NCBI RefSeq assembly: GCF_001945605.1
Contig: NZ_MPKA01000060.1
Span: 25,131 to 57,130 of the forward strand
Reading direction: 5' to 3'
From: Dubosiella newyorkensis
GTDB lineage: Bacteria; Bacillota_I; Bacilli_A; Erysipelotrichales; Erysipelotrichaceae
Length of the DNA stretch: 32,000 nucleotides
In this document: piece by piece, positions 9,621 through 17,848 of the stretch
How the letters are laid out: each line of letters opens with the position of its first letter
Position numbering within the stretch: position 1 is the first letter of the stretch
Notes under the pieces: generated by a model
The model's input: the letters and a program-made list of their open reading frames with translations, nothing else
What the model was told of the DNA's origin: nothing
Databases searched by the model: none
Made by a program: the position numbers and the translations under genes

Positions 9621-10487
9621 ATGAAACAAGGAACAATTATTAAAATCATTTCCAATCAATATACGATCGAAAACGAGGAAGAAAAAGTGGTCGCCGCTCC
9701 GCGAGGAAAGATGCGGCGATCCAAGGCGCCAATGGTCGGCGATCATGTCGAATACGAAAAAGTGCAGGATTCGTATCGGATCTTGAAGATCTTGCCTCGA
9801 AAGAATCAGCTTCTTCGGCCAACGGTCGCAAATATCGACCAGGCGCTCGTGGTGACTTCATGCAAAGATCCAGATTTTTCTGAGCGCTTGCTCAACCGGC
9901 TGCTGTTTGTGGTCGAGCTCTCGAATGTGGAGCCGATCATCTGCATCACGAAGTGGGATCTAGCAAGCGAGCAAGAAAGAAAGACGATCGAAGCGTATCT
10001 TGCGATTTTAAAAAATTGTGGATATACGATCGTGTATTCATATCCAGAAAGCGATGATCAAGCGCTCAAAGCGGTTTTGAAAGATAAAGTGAGCGTGCTT
10101 TGCGGACAATCGGGCGCTGGAAAGAGTTCGTTGCTCAATCGGCTCGATCCTCGCTTTCAGCTGCAGACGCAGGAAATTTCAAAAGCGTTAGGAAGAGGAA
10201 AGCATACGACGCGCTATTCAGCGCTGCATGAGGTGGCTGGAGGACTTGTAGCCGATACGCCAGGCTTTTCTTCGCTTGATTTTTCAAATTTTGATTTGAA
10301 GCATCTAGATGCGCATCTTAAGGCGTTTTCGCCTTATATCGGTTCGTGCCGGTTTGCTGATTGCAATCATATCAATGAGCCGGATTGTCGCGTGAAATCG
10401 GCCGTAGAGGAAGGCAAGATCCCTTCGGCTTACTACGAGGATTATAAAGCGCTCAAGGAAGAGTCGCTCAATAGAAAGGTTTTTTAA
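9621..10487 (+). CDS. rsgA: Ribosome small-subunit biogenesis GTPase RsgA (CpgA/YloQ)
   Basis: Circularly permuted GTPase: ITKWD, then GQSGAGKSSLLN, DTPGF, and the zinc knuckle CRFADCNHINEPDC. Confidence 0.9.
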   Translation: MKQGTIIKIISNQYTIENEEEKVVAAPRGKMRRSKAPMVGDHVEYEKVQDSYRILKILPRKNQLLRPTVANIDQALVVTSCKDPDFSERLLNRLLFVVELSNVEPIICITKWDLASEQERKTIEAYLAILKNCGYTIVYSYPESDDQALKAVLKDKVSVLCGQSGAGKSSLLNRLDPRFQLQTQEISKALGRGKHTTRYSALHEVAGGLVADTPGFSSLDFSNFDLKHLDAHLKAFSPYIGSCRFADCNHINEPDCRVKSAVEEGKIPSAYYEDYKALKEESLNRKVF

Positions 10488-11152
10488 TGGAAAAGAATGA
10501 ATTGGTCATTGCCCCTTCGATCTTATCGCTAGATTATGGGCATGTGGATGAACAGTTGAAGGCGCTGATGGATTCGAAAGCGAAATGGCTTCATTTTGAT
10601 GTGATGGATGGCCATTTTGTGCCAAATCTCACATTTGGTCCGGATATTTTGCGAGGATTCAAAAAAGCGGCTCCTTTATTTATGGATGTTCATTTAATGG
10701 TGGACGATCCTGCTTTTTTCGCGCCGATCTTTATTCAAAATGGGGCGGACTTGATTACTTTTCATACAGAAGCGCTGAACAATGATCCTTCGCGCATCAA
10801 AGCGCTTCTTCAAAAGATCCATGAACTTGGTGCGCAAGCGGGGATCAGCGTGAAGCCGAAGACAAATATCGAACAATTCGCTTCGCTTTTAAATGATCTT
10901 GATCTTGTGCTGGTCATGTCGGTGGAGCCAGGATTTGGAGGACAGTCGTTCATGGAAGACCAGCTCGATAAAGTCCGTTGGCTGTATGATGCGCGCAAAG
11001 CGCAAGATCTTGGGTATCGGATCGAGATCGATGGCGGAATCAACGCTTCCACTTATAAAAAAGCGTTGCTGGCTGGCTGCGATACGTTGGTGGCTGGAAG
11101 CTACGTTTTTAAAAACGATATCATCAAAAGCATCGAAGGACTGCTTGAATGA
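10487..11152 (+). CDS. rpe: Ribulose-phosphate 3-epimerase
   Basis: IAPSILSLDY, HFDVMDGHFVPNLTFG, MSVEPGFGGQ, and DGGIN. 1-nt overlap (TAATG) with rsgA. Confidence 0.92.
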   Translation: MEKNELVIAPSILSLDYGHVDEQLKALMDSKAKWLHFDVMDGHFVPNLTFGPDILRGFKKAAPLFMDVHLMVDDPAFFAPIFIQNGADLITFHTEALNNDPSRIKALLQKIHELGAQAGISVKPKTNIEQFASLLNDLDLVLVMSVEPGFGGQSFMEDQLDKVRWLYDARKAQDLGYRIEIDGGINASTYKKALLAGCDTLVAGSYVFKNDIIKSIEGLLE

Positions 11153-11751
11153 GACCGGCTGTTTTAGTGACGCCTTTGGCCAAAACGATCCCATTTGTGG
11201 AAAACGCCATTTATGTTGGCGTCGACGCGGGGGTGCTGACTTTATTAGAGCAGGAATTTCCAGTCGAATTCGCGGTGGGCGATTTTGATTCGATGAGTCA
11301 AGAAGCGTATGAAAAGATCGAAAGCTTAGTCAAGATCGAAAAGCATCCGATCATGAAAGATGAATCGGATGCGCAGCTCGCTTTGCGTCTTGTCAAAGAG
11401 AAAGGTTGTTCGCCGATCTATTTGTGCGGCGCTTTGTCGAAGCGGATCGATCATACGATCGCGAATTTGCGGCTATTGATGTATCACTATCCTGATTTGA
11501 TTTTATGGGACGAGAAACAAAATGTGTCTCTTTTTCAAAGAGGAAAACACGTCTTGAAAAACACGTATAAAAATGTCTCGTTTTTCGCGGTAGGAAAGGC
11601 GACGATCACCTTGGAGGGGTTTTTATATCCGCTCGAGCATCGAGAGATCGATGTTTCGGATATTTATACGTTGTCGAATTCAATCGTCGATCAAGAAGGT
11701 GTTGTCATCGTGGAGGATGGAGCGATTCTTTGCGTGATGAGCGATGAATAG
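11149..11751 (+). CDS. thiN: Thiamine diphosphokinase
   Basis: 200 aa with a GDFDS motif. It occupies the position directly after rpe, as yloS/thiN does in B. subtilis. ATGA overlap with rpe. Confidence 0.8.
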   Translation: MRPAVLVTPLAKTIPFVENAIYVGVDAGVLTLLEQEFPVEFAVGDFDSMSQEAYEKIESLVKIEKHPIMKDESDAQLALRLVKEKGCSPIYLCGALSKRIDHTIANLRLLMYHYPDLILWDEKQNVSLFQRGKHVLKNTYKNVSFFAVGKATITLEGFLYPLEHREIDVSDIYTLSNSIVDQEGVVIVEDGAILCVMSDE

Positions 11752-11771
11752 GCAAGAAAGGGAGGAAGAGC

Positions 11772-13082
11772 ATGCATGAAGTTTGGATGAGCGTGGTCAC
11801 AGGGTTTATTTTGATCATTTCCGGTTTGTTTTGTGTATGTATTCCGAACCGTATCTTTTCGCTCATTTTGAATTTGAGCGTGATCTATTTTTTGATCAAT
11901 ACGGTGTATTTATTGTATTTGTTTTCGAAAAAAAGAAAGAAGATCGATTTGTTGTTCGCGTTCTTGTCGCTTTTTTTCGTTTTGTTCTTGATGGAATATA
12001 GGCAGTTTCCAGAATGGATCATCCGGGTCATGTTCGCGTCGTATTGTTTATTGATCGGGATCTCGTGCACCGTTCAAGTGGGGATTCATTATATCAACGG
12101 GATGAAAGGTTCTTTTTTCTTTCTTTTGCTTGGGATCGCCTATATTGGGCTAGGCCTTTTTCTTTTATGGTCCAATATGGTGACGACGGATCGTCTGCTG
12201 CAGTTTTTTGGTTTGTATTTTATGATCTTAGGCGTTCAATATTTGCATGATAGTTGGCAAAGCGTGCAGCCAGAAAAGAAGTATCGATGGAAGCGTTCGT
12301 TTAGGATCATGATCCCACCGATTTTCGCAGTCTTTATTCCGGATCGGGTCATCCAAGGGATCAACGCGTATTTACAGGAAGGTAAAACGATTGATTTGAG
12401 CGAATACAAAAGCGACCAAGAGCCGCAGCTCAAGGTGATGGTGCATGTCGGTCCGGATGGGTTTCAAAAGATCGGGCATATATGCTTCGCTTATAAAGAT
12501 CTTGTCTATTCGTATGGAAACTACGATGCTCAATCGTTTCACTTGATGCAGACGCTTGGGGATGGCGTGTTTTTCAATGTGGAGCTCAATCAATATATCG
12601 CCAATGCGATGCGGGCGGAGAACAACTCGATTTTTGAGTACGGGATCTGTTTAGAGCCCAAAGAGCAGGCGCTTGTTGAGCGCGAGCTCAGGAAGCTGCA
12701 GGCTAATTCGTATCGGTGGTATTGTGAATTGGAGAAGACGGGCGATTATGATCATTTTTATCAATATGCCCAGGATTATCCGTGTCGGCTGCATTATCGA
12801 ACGGGTGCCAAGTTTTATAAGATCAAGCAAGGCAAGTTCAAGACGTATTGGGTGTGCGGGGACAATTGCGCTTCGTTCATCGATTGGATCTTGGGGCAGC
12901 TTGGAAGCGATGTGCTTTCGATTCGAGGGATCATCACGCCAGGTTCGTATTTTGAGTTTTTAGAAACTGAGTATATGAAGAAAAGTTCGCCAGTTGTATA
13001 CCGGAAGGTGCATCCGTGGAACAAGGAGCTGGCCAAGATGTATACAGGTTCTTATAAAAAGAAGCGGTTCAAGACGAGCTAG
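11772..13082 (+). CDS. Polytopic membrane protein (HdeD/DUF308-like N-terminal half) with a C-terminal ~230-aa soluble domain carrying a His...Cys pair
   Basis: GGAGG lies 6 nt upstream of the ATG. About 6 hydrophobic helices span residues 1-190. The soluble domain has KIGHICFAYKDLVYSYG early and WVCGDNCASFIDWIL late. This resembles the permuted NlpC/P60 (LRAT or YiiX-like) arrangement. The function is inferred, not established. Confidence 0.7.
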   Translation: MHEVWMSVVTGFILIISGLFCVCIPNRIFSLILNLSVIYFLINTVYLLYLFSKKRKKIDLLFAFLSLFFVLFLMEYRQFPEWIIRVMFASYCLLIGISCTVQVGIHYINGMKGSFFFLLLGIAYIGLGLFLLWSNMVTTDRLLQFFGLYFMILGVQYLHDSWQSVQPEKKYRWKRSFRIMIPPIFAVFIPDRVIQGINAYLQEGKTIDLSEYKSDQEPQLKVMVHVGPDGFQKIGHICFAYKDLVYSYGNYDAQSFHLMQTLGDGVFFNVELNQYIANAMRAENNSIFEYGICLEPKEQALVERELRKLQANSYRWYCELEKTGDYDHFYQYAQDYPCRLHYRTGAKFYKIKQGKFKTYWVCGDNCASFIDWILGQLGSDVLSIRGIITPGSYFEFLETEYMKKSSPVVYRKVHPWNKELAKMYTGSYKKKRFKTS

Positions 13083-13100
13083 CTTCTTTTTTTCACGCAC

Positions 13101-13130
13101 AAAAAAAAGAGGTTTCCCTCTTCGTTTTGT
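13101..13130. terminator. Probable bidirectional terminator between the convergent membrane-protein gene and rpmB
   Basis: Stem AAGAGG (13107-13112) / CCTCTT (13117-13122) with loop TTTC. It is flanked by an A8 run upstream and CGTTTT downstream. The stem is short. Confidence 0.45.
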
Positions 13131-13140
13131 CTGATAAAGA

Positions 13141-13332
13141 TTAGATCGCGTTTTTCTTTTTCAATGTTCTCAAGGCACGAGCGCTAATGCGAACTTTTGT
13201 TGGTTTTCCGTCGACCATGATCGTCGCGTTTTGAAGATTTACATTCCATTTACGACGAGTCGCGTGCATAGAGTGAGAACGTCTATTGCCAGATAAAGGA
13301 CCTCTACCAGATATTGCACATTTTCTTGACAT
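13141..13332 (-). CDS. rpmB: 50S ribosomal protein L28
   Basis: MSRKCAISGRGPLSGNRRSHSMHATRRKWNVNLQ... is the classic L28 N-terminus. AAGGGGG lies upstream of the ATG at 13332. The track ORF (to 13362) adds 10 unsupported residues. Confidence 0.92.
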   Translation of the reverse strand: MSRKCAISGRGPLSGNRRSHSMHATRRKWNVNLQNATIMVDGKPTKVRISARALRTLKKKNAI

Positions 13333-13374
13333 CTTGCTTGCCCCCTTTACTTTCAGTTGCACAATTGCCTTAAC

Positions 13375-13403
13375 ATAATAGCATCCTCTTTCACGCTTTT
13401 CAA
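13375..13403 (-). promoter_or_regulatory. Sigma-A-type promoter for rpmB
   Basis: On the minus strand: TTGAAA (13403-13398), a 17-nt spacer, then TATTAT (13380-13375), about 40 nt upstream of the rpmB ATG. Confidence 0.5.
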
Positions 13404-13410
13404 GAACAAA

Positions 13411-13439
13411 TTGTCATCAATGAAGGAGTTTGCTATAAT
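13411..13439 (+). promoter_or_regulatory. Sigma-A-type promoter for mraY-murD
   Basis: TTGTCA (13411-13416), a 17-nt spacer, then TATAAT (13434-13439). GAGGAG at 13452-13457 lies 11 nt before the ATG. Confidence 0.55.
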
Positions 13440-13468
13440 CCTTATGAATGTGAGGAGTCTGTAAATTC

Positions 13469-14449
13469 ATGAATGTTTCAACTGGTCTTTTAATGGCGTC
13501 GGGTTGTTTGCTTTCGCTTGGCTTGATGCTTCTGATCATGCCTTCGTTGATCGATTATTTGCATAAGATCAAATTTGGGCAGACGGAAAGAGGAGAAGGT
13601 CTTGAGAGCCATAAGAAAAAAAATGGCACACCGACGATGGGCGGGATCGCTTTTATCCTAGTTCCGACTTTTCTCTATATCGTGTATTCTTTATTTTCGC
13701 CTTTTAAGCTCGATATGAACACGGCCATTATTTTATTGGCGTTTGTCGGGTATGGGCTGATCGGCTTTATTGATGATTATATCATAGTGGTCAAAAAGGA
13801 CAATGAAGGGTTGAAGCCCGGCGTCAAATTTTTGTTGCAGTCCATATTGGCTGTTGTTTTCTTTTTGTTGTATCGATCGACGGCTTCGACAGCTGTTTGG
13901 ATCCCGATCGCGCATATTCAAGTGGATCTTGGTTTCTTTTATTTCTTTCTTGTCTTTATCATGTTTACGGCGGAAACGAACGCGGTCAACTTTACGGATG
14001 GGGTGGATGGACTTTGCGCAGGGCAGATGATCATCGCGCTGATTCCGTTTATCGCTTTTGCTTTCATGCAAGGAAAGATGAATGTGGCATTCTTGATCAT
14101 GCTTGTCGTTTTCGCGCTTGTTGGTTATTTGAAGTTCAACTTGCATCCGGCCAAGATCTTTATGGGCGATACGGGTTCTTTGGCTTTGGGCGGTTTGATC
14201 GCGGCTGTTGCGATGGTCTTGAAGCAGGAGCTTTTGTTGATCGTGATCGGGCTTGTCTTTGTGGCGGAAGTGCTTTCGGTCATCATTCAAGTTTCGCATT
14301 ATAAACGCACGAAGAAAAGGATCTTTCGTATGGCGCCGCTGCATCATCATTTTGAAAAGGGCGGTTGGAGTGAAGAGAAGGTGGTCACTCGCTTTTGGAT
14401 GGCGGGTATTGTTTGTTCGCTGGTTGGTTTGATCATGGGGGTGATCTAG
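13469..14449 (+). CDS. mraY: Phospho-N-acetylmuramoyl-pentapeptide transferase MraY
   Basis: 326-aa polytopic protein with GTPTMGG, NAVNFTDGVDGL, FMGDTGSLALGG and APLHHHFE. Confidence 0.93.
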   Translation: MNVSTGLLMASGCLLSLGLMLLIMPSLIDYLHKIKFGQTERGEGLESHKKKNGTPTMGGIAFILVPTFLYIVYSLFSPFKLDMNTAIILLAFVGYGLIGFIDDYIIVVKKDNEGLKPGVKFLLQSILAVVFFLLYRSTASTAVWIPIAHIQVDLGFFYFFLVFIMFTAETNAVNFTDGVDGLCAGQMIIALIPFIAFAFMQGKMNVAFLIMLVVFALVGYLKFNLHPAKIFMGDTGSLALGGLIAAVAMVLKQELLLIVIGLVFVAEVLSVIIQVSHYKRTKKRIFRMAPLHHHFEKGGWSEEKVVTRFWMAGIVCSLVGLIMGVI

Positions 14450-15745
14450 ATGGAGAGCGTATTGGTCATTGGAGGGGCTCGCAGCGGTATTGCTGTAAGC
14501 AAGCTTCTCAAAAAGCAAGGGTATCATGTCGTTTTGACGGATATGAAGAAAGTGGATCGCGATGGTTTGGACGGGATCGAGATCTATGATGAAGGGCATC
14601 CTGATTTTTTAAAGGAGAAGGAGTATGCTTTTGTCGTGAAGAATCCGGGGATCCCATATTCGGCGCCGTTTGTCCGCTATTTCGTGGAGAAGGGCGTTCC
14701 AATCTATACGGAGATCGAGTTCGCCTATACGGTGGCGAAAGAGTTTAAGTTTGGAGCGATCACGGGCACGGATGGAAAGACGACGATCACGACTCTTTTG
14801 TATGAGATGCTCAAAGAGAAGGATCCTAGCGCGCAAGTGGCTGGCAATATTGGGATCCCGCTTTCGGAAATCGTTTTGGAGCATGCTGGCGAGTCGTTGG
14901 ATGTGGCTTTGGAGCTGAGTAATTTTCAGCTTCTGGGCACGAAGACGTTTCATCCTAGCGTTTGCGCGGTGAGCAATCTAGCGCCGGATCACTTGGATTA
15001 TATGGATTCTTTGGATGCGTATTATGCTTCGAAGATGAAGATCTATGAGAATTGCACGGAGTCGGATTGGTTTATTCGGAATGTGGATGATCCTTTGATC
15101 ATGGAGTACGCGAAAAACATTCCTTGTCGAGTGATCGATTTTTCGCTGTCGCGTCAAGATGTGGATTTGTATGTCAAGGATGGCAAGGCGATGCTTTGGG
15201 ATACGGTTTTGTTTGATGTGTCGGATCTAAAGATCGTGGGTTCGTTCAATTGTGGCAACGCGATGATGGCTTCTTGCATGGCGTATAAGTTGGGTGTTTC
15301 TTTGGAAAAGATCCAAGATGTGATTCGCTCGTTCAAGGGCGTGGAGCATCGGATCGAGTTCGTAAAGGAGATCGACGGGGTTCGTTTTTACAACGACACG
15401 AAGGCGACCAATACACATGCTGCTTGCGCGGCGCTTTCGGCGTTTGATTCGAATGTGATCTTGCTTTGTGGGGGAAAAGATAAGCATATTTCATTTGATG
15501 ATTTGAAGCAGTTTGATCAAAGGATCAAGTATTGTTTTAGTTTTGGTCAGACAAAGGATCAATTTGCTTCGATCTTCTCGAGGCAGAAGAGCGTGGAAAC
15601 GATGGAGGAGGCTTTACAGGAGGCTGTCAAGATCGCCGTTCCGGGGGATGTGATCTTATTGTCGCCGGCTTGTTCTTCGTTTGATCAATTTAAAAATTAT
15701 GAAATAAGGGGAGAAATTTTCAAGGATTTAGTCCATTCATTGTAA
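14450..15745 (+). CDS. murD: UDP-N-acetylmuramoylalanine--D-glutamate ligase MurD
   Basis: N-terminal Rossmann segment VIGGARSGIA, P-loop AITGTDGKTT, and the length and layout of a Mur ligase. The ATG follows the mraY stop directly. Confidence 0.9.
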   Translation: MESVLVIGGARSGIAVSKLLKKQGYHVVLTDMKKVDRDGLDGIEIYDEGHPDFLKEKEYAFVVKNPGIPYSAPFVRYFVEKGVPIYTEIEFAYTVAKEFKFGAITGTDGKTTITTLLYEMLKEKDPSAQVAGNIGIPLSEIVLEHAGESLDVALELSNFQLLGTKTFHPSVCAVSNLAPDHLDYMDSLDAYYASKMKIYENCTESDWFIRNVDDPLIMEYAKNIPCRVIDFSLSRQDVDLYVKDGKAMLWDTVLFDVSDLKIVGSFNCGNAMMASCMAYKLGVSLEKIQDVIRSFKGVEHRIEFVKEIDGVRFYNDTKATNTHAACAALSAFDSNVILLCGGKDKHISFDDLKQFDQRIKYCFSFGQTKDQFASIFSRQKSVETMEEALQEAVKIAVPGDVILLSPACSSFDQFKNYEIRGEIFKDLVHSL

Positions 15746-15759
15746 AAGGAGGAAAATTC

Positions 15760-16557
15760 ATGTCGTTTCTTCTCGACGTTCTAAAATCGATCGTTTTTGG
15801 GTGTGTGCAGGGGATCAGCGCGTGGTTGCCGTTTTCTTCGCGCGCCCATTTGATTTTGTTGCAGAGTTTGTGGCCGATCATGCCGGAATGGTATTATCGG
15901 ATGTTTTTAGTTTTTGTCTCGACAGGTTCGGCGTTCGCGATCTTGGTGTTGTTTTATCGTCAGCTTTTTTTGAAGCGTTCTTTTTTTCGAGTTTGGAAAT
16001 CGATCGTGTTGGCGAGTCTTCCGATCGTTGGCTTTGGGATGCTTCTTTCATATTGGATCGAGTCTGTTATGAGCGCAAAGTTTGTTGTGGCGATCTTATT
16101 GATCGCGTATGGGATCATTTTGATTGGTTATGCGAAGCATCCTGTGAGGGCGAAATATCATTCTTTTTATGAATTGGGGGCGAATGAGGCGGTTCAATTT
16201 GGTTTGGTGCAGTCTTTGGCTTTGTTTCCAGGCACTTCTTGGCTTGCTTCGGGTTTATTAGGTGGTCGTTTTTTGAAGCTGGAGCGCAAGGCGAGCTTGT
16301 TGTTTTCGTATTTGGTGTCGGCATGTTCGATCGTCGCTTTGAATTTGTTCCAGTTTTCGATGTTTTTCAAAGATGGATATCCGCTTAGTTTTTTTCAAGG
16401 GTTTTGTGGTTTGTTGAGCGCGGTTTGTTCGTTTATCGTAGGGATCTTCATTGTTCGTTGGTGGATGCGCGTTTTTGGCGAACAGTCTCTTCGGTGGGTC
16501 GGGTTTTATCGAATCGCGTTAGGGTTGTTCATGATCGTATTTTTCTATATTTTTTAG
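15760..16557 (+). CDS. UppP/BacA-family membrane protein with degenerate catalytic motifs (possibly not an undecaprenyl-diphosphatase)
   Basis: 265 aa with UppP-like length and scaffold. Motif 1 reads GCVQGISAWLPFSSRAHL, versus the canonical G.VEGLTE(F/Y).PVSSTGH. Motif 2 reads QSLALFPGTSWLASG, versus Q.L.L.PG.SRSG.T. The C-terminal FYRIALG segment is conserved. AGGAGG RBS. Confidence 0.75.
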   Translation: MSFLLDVLKSIVFGCVQGISAWLPFSSRAHLILLQSLWPIMPEWYYRMFLVFVSTGSAFAILVLFYRQLFLKRSFFRVWKSIVLASLPIVGFGMLLSYWIESVMSAKFVVAILLIAYGIILIGYAKHPVRAKYHSFYELGANEAVQFGLVQSLALFPGTSWLASGLLGGRFLKLERKASLLFSYLVSACSIVALNLFQFSMFFKDGYPLSFFQGFCGLLSAVCSFIVGIFIVRWWMRVFGEQSLRWVGFYRIALGLFMIVFFYIF

Positions 16558-16579
16558 TCAGCGTGGCTGGCTTTTTTTT
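16557..16579 (+). terminator. Rho-independent terminator after the uppP-like gene
   Basis: Stem GTCAGC / GCTGGC (one G-U pair), 3-nt loop, followed by T8 (16572-16579). Confidence 0.55.
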
Positions 16580-16624
16580 CACTAGAACGGTATACTAATA
16601 TCATTATTTTAGAAGGGGAATACT

Positions 16625-17599
16625 ATGGAAGATCAAAAGAATAAGAATTTGCCGCCTAAAATCGACGCGCAGAAGATGGAAGCTCAGCTTCAAGAGGAGA
16701 AAAAGAAGGAAGAAGCTTTTAATAAGAAGCAAAAGCAGAAGCGTTGGCTTTTGGTTGGCGGGATCATTGGGATCATGGTCGTGGCTGTTGTTTGTTTTGG
16801 TTTGTTCGTTTCGAAAGTGACGTATTCTGTCGCGGAAAGTATTGTCAATAATATTCCGGAGGAAGAGTTTCATGATTCTTCGTATCGTTTATTGAACGCG
16901 CCGGGTGAATATATAGCCAACGAGCAGCTTTCGATTGTGGAGGATCTTGAGGATCAAGACAAGATCGGCTTGATCAAGAAGGGCGAGTCTTTTTGGTGTG
17001 AAGATACGGCGTATGTCGATAGTAAAGAGGAGCTTTGGGGACAGCTCGGCATTGGCTGGGTCCTTTTGCGTGATCAAAATGGAAATTACGCGACGGAAAA
17101 TGTGTTGACGAGTGTGGATTCTACGCCTGGAACGGCTGAGATCTTAAAAGACATACGGGTGTATTCCGATCCTTCGACAAAGTCTACAATTTTAAAATCT
17201 TTAAAAAAAGGCGATCAAGTGGAGATCGTTTCGGAGAAAGAAGATATAAATGGTGTAGAATGGTTTGAGTTAGAGGATGGGTGGATCTTGAAGACGGACA
17301 ACGCGAAACGGATCGAATCAAGTCAAGAAGAGACGAAGGAAGAAAAGGAATCCAAAGAAACGGACGAGATCCCAGAAGATGAAGAGGGTATTCGTTACAA
17401 GGCGAAATACGATATGAAGGTTCGTGAGGAGCCAAGTTTGGAGGCGGAGCGCACTGGAACAGTCAAGTTGGATGAGGTCGTCGAGATCGTGGAGATCGGA
17501 GAAGACGAGGAGGGCGCTACGTGGGGCAAGATCCGAGATGGCGATTATGTCTGTTTGAAGGATAAGGACTATACGTATTTTGAAGAGGTGTCTGAATAG
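16625..17599 (+). CDS. Single-pass membrane protein with three SH3b-like repeats and acidic linkers
   Basis: Lys/Glu-rich N-terminus, then the TM segment WLLVGGIIGIMVVAVVCFGLFV. Three repeats end in LWGQLGIGWVLLRD, VEWFELEDGWILKTD and ATWGKIRDGDYVCLKD. Confidence 0.75.
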   Translation: MEDQKNKNLPPKIDAQKMEAQLQEEKKKEEAFNKKQKQKRWLLVGGIIGIMVVAVVCFGLFVSKVTYSVAESIVNNIPEEEFHDSSYRLLNAPGEYIANEQLSIVEDLEDQDKIGLIKKGESFWCEDTAYVDSKEELWGQLGIGWVLLRDQNGNYATENVLTSVDSTPGTAEILKDIRVYSDPSTKSTILKSLKKGDQVEIVSEKEDINGVEWFELEDGWILKTDNAKRIESSQEETKEEKESKETDEIPEDEEGIRYKAKYDMKVREEPSLEAERTGTVKLDEVVEIVEIGEDEEGATWGKIRDGDYVCLKDKDYTYFEEVSE

Positions 17600-17611
17600 G
17601 CATCTTTTTTT
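17587..17611 (+). terminator. Possible intrinsic terminator overlapping the stop codon of the SH3b gene
   Basis: Stem GGTGTCT / AGGCATC (two G-U pairs), loop GAAT, then T7. Confidence 0.4.
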
Positions 17612-17706
17612 GTTTTTAAGGATATTGTCCTAATAAGTTTAACACATAGTAGGGTTATAAAAAAAGAGAATCGCTTTAGAAATTATCAAAATATTGTGGG
17701 ATTGTC

Positions 17707-17735
17707 TTGAAACGTTTTAAGTTTTTGGGTATAGT
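17707..17735 (+). promoter_or_regulatory. Sigma-A-type promoter for the secreted-protein gene
   Basis: TTGAAA (17707-17712), a 17-nt spacer, then TATAGT (17730-17735). This implies a 5' UTR of ~105 nt containing a small GATTCG/CGAATC hairpin. Confidence 0.5.
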
Positions 17736-17848
17736 TATTTATGTTAGTAGAGTTCCTGCTGACAGGATGATTAGGTATTGATTCGCGTCGTACGAATCGA
17801 TATACATCACGAGAGTACAGCATAAAACAAAGAAAGGAAGAGCTAAAC

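Noticed and set aside
13733-14599. 288-aa ORF on the minus strand, antisense to mraY and the 5' end of murD
   Set aside because: It is a hydrophilic, low-complexity (H/D/R/K/Q-rich) mirror image of a membrane-protein gene and has no RBS. It fully overlaps two confidently identified genes. Long antisense ORFs are expected here because the backbone codon bias, rich in the palindrome GATC, suppresses antisense stop codons.
16604-16873. 89-aa minus-strand ORF overlapping the start of the SH3b gene
   Set aside because: It is a Leu/Lys low-complexity antisense product of the Lys/Glu-rich N-terminus of the + strand gene. It begins inside that gene and has no start signals.
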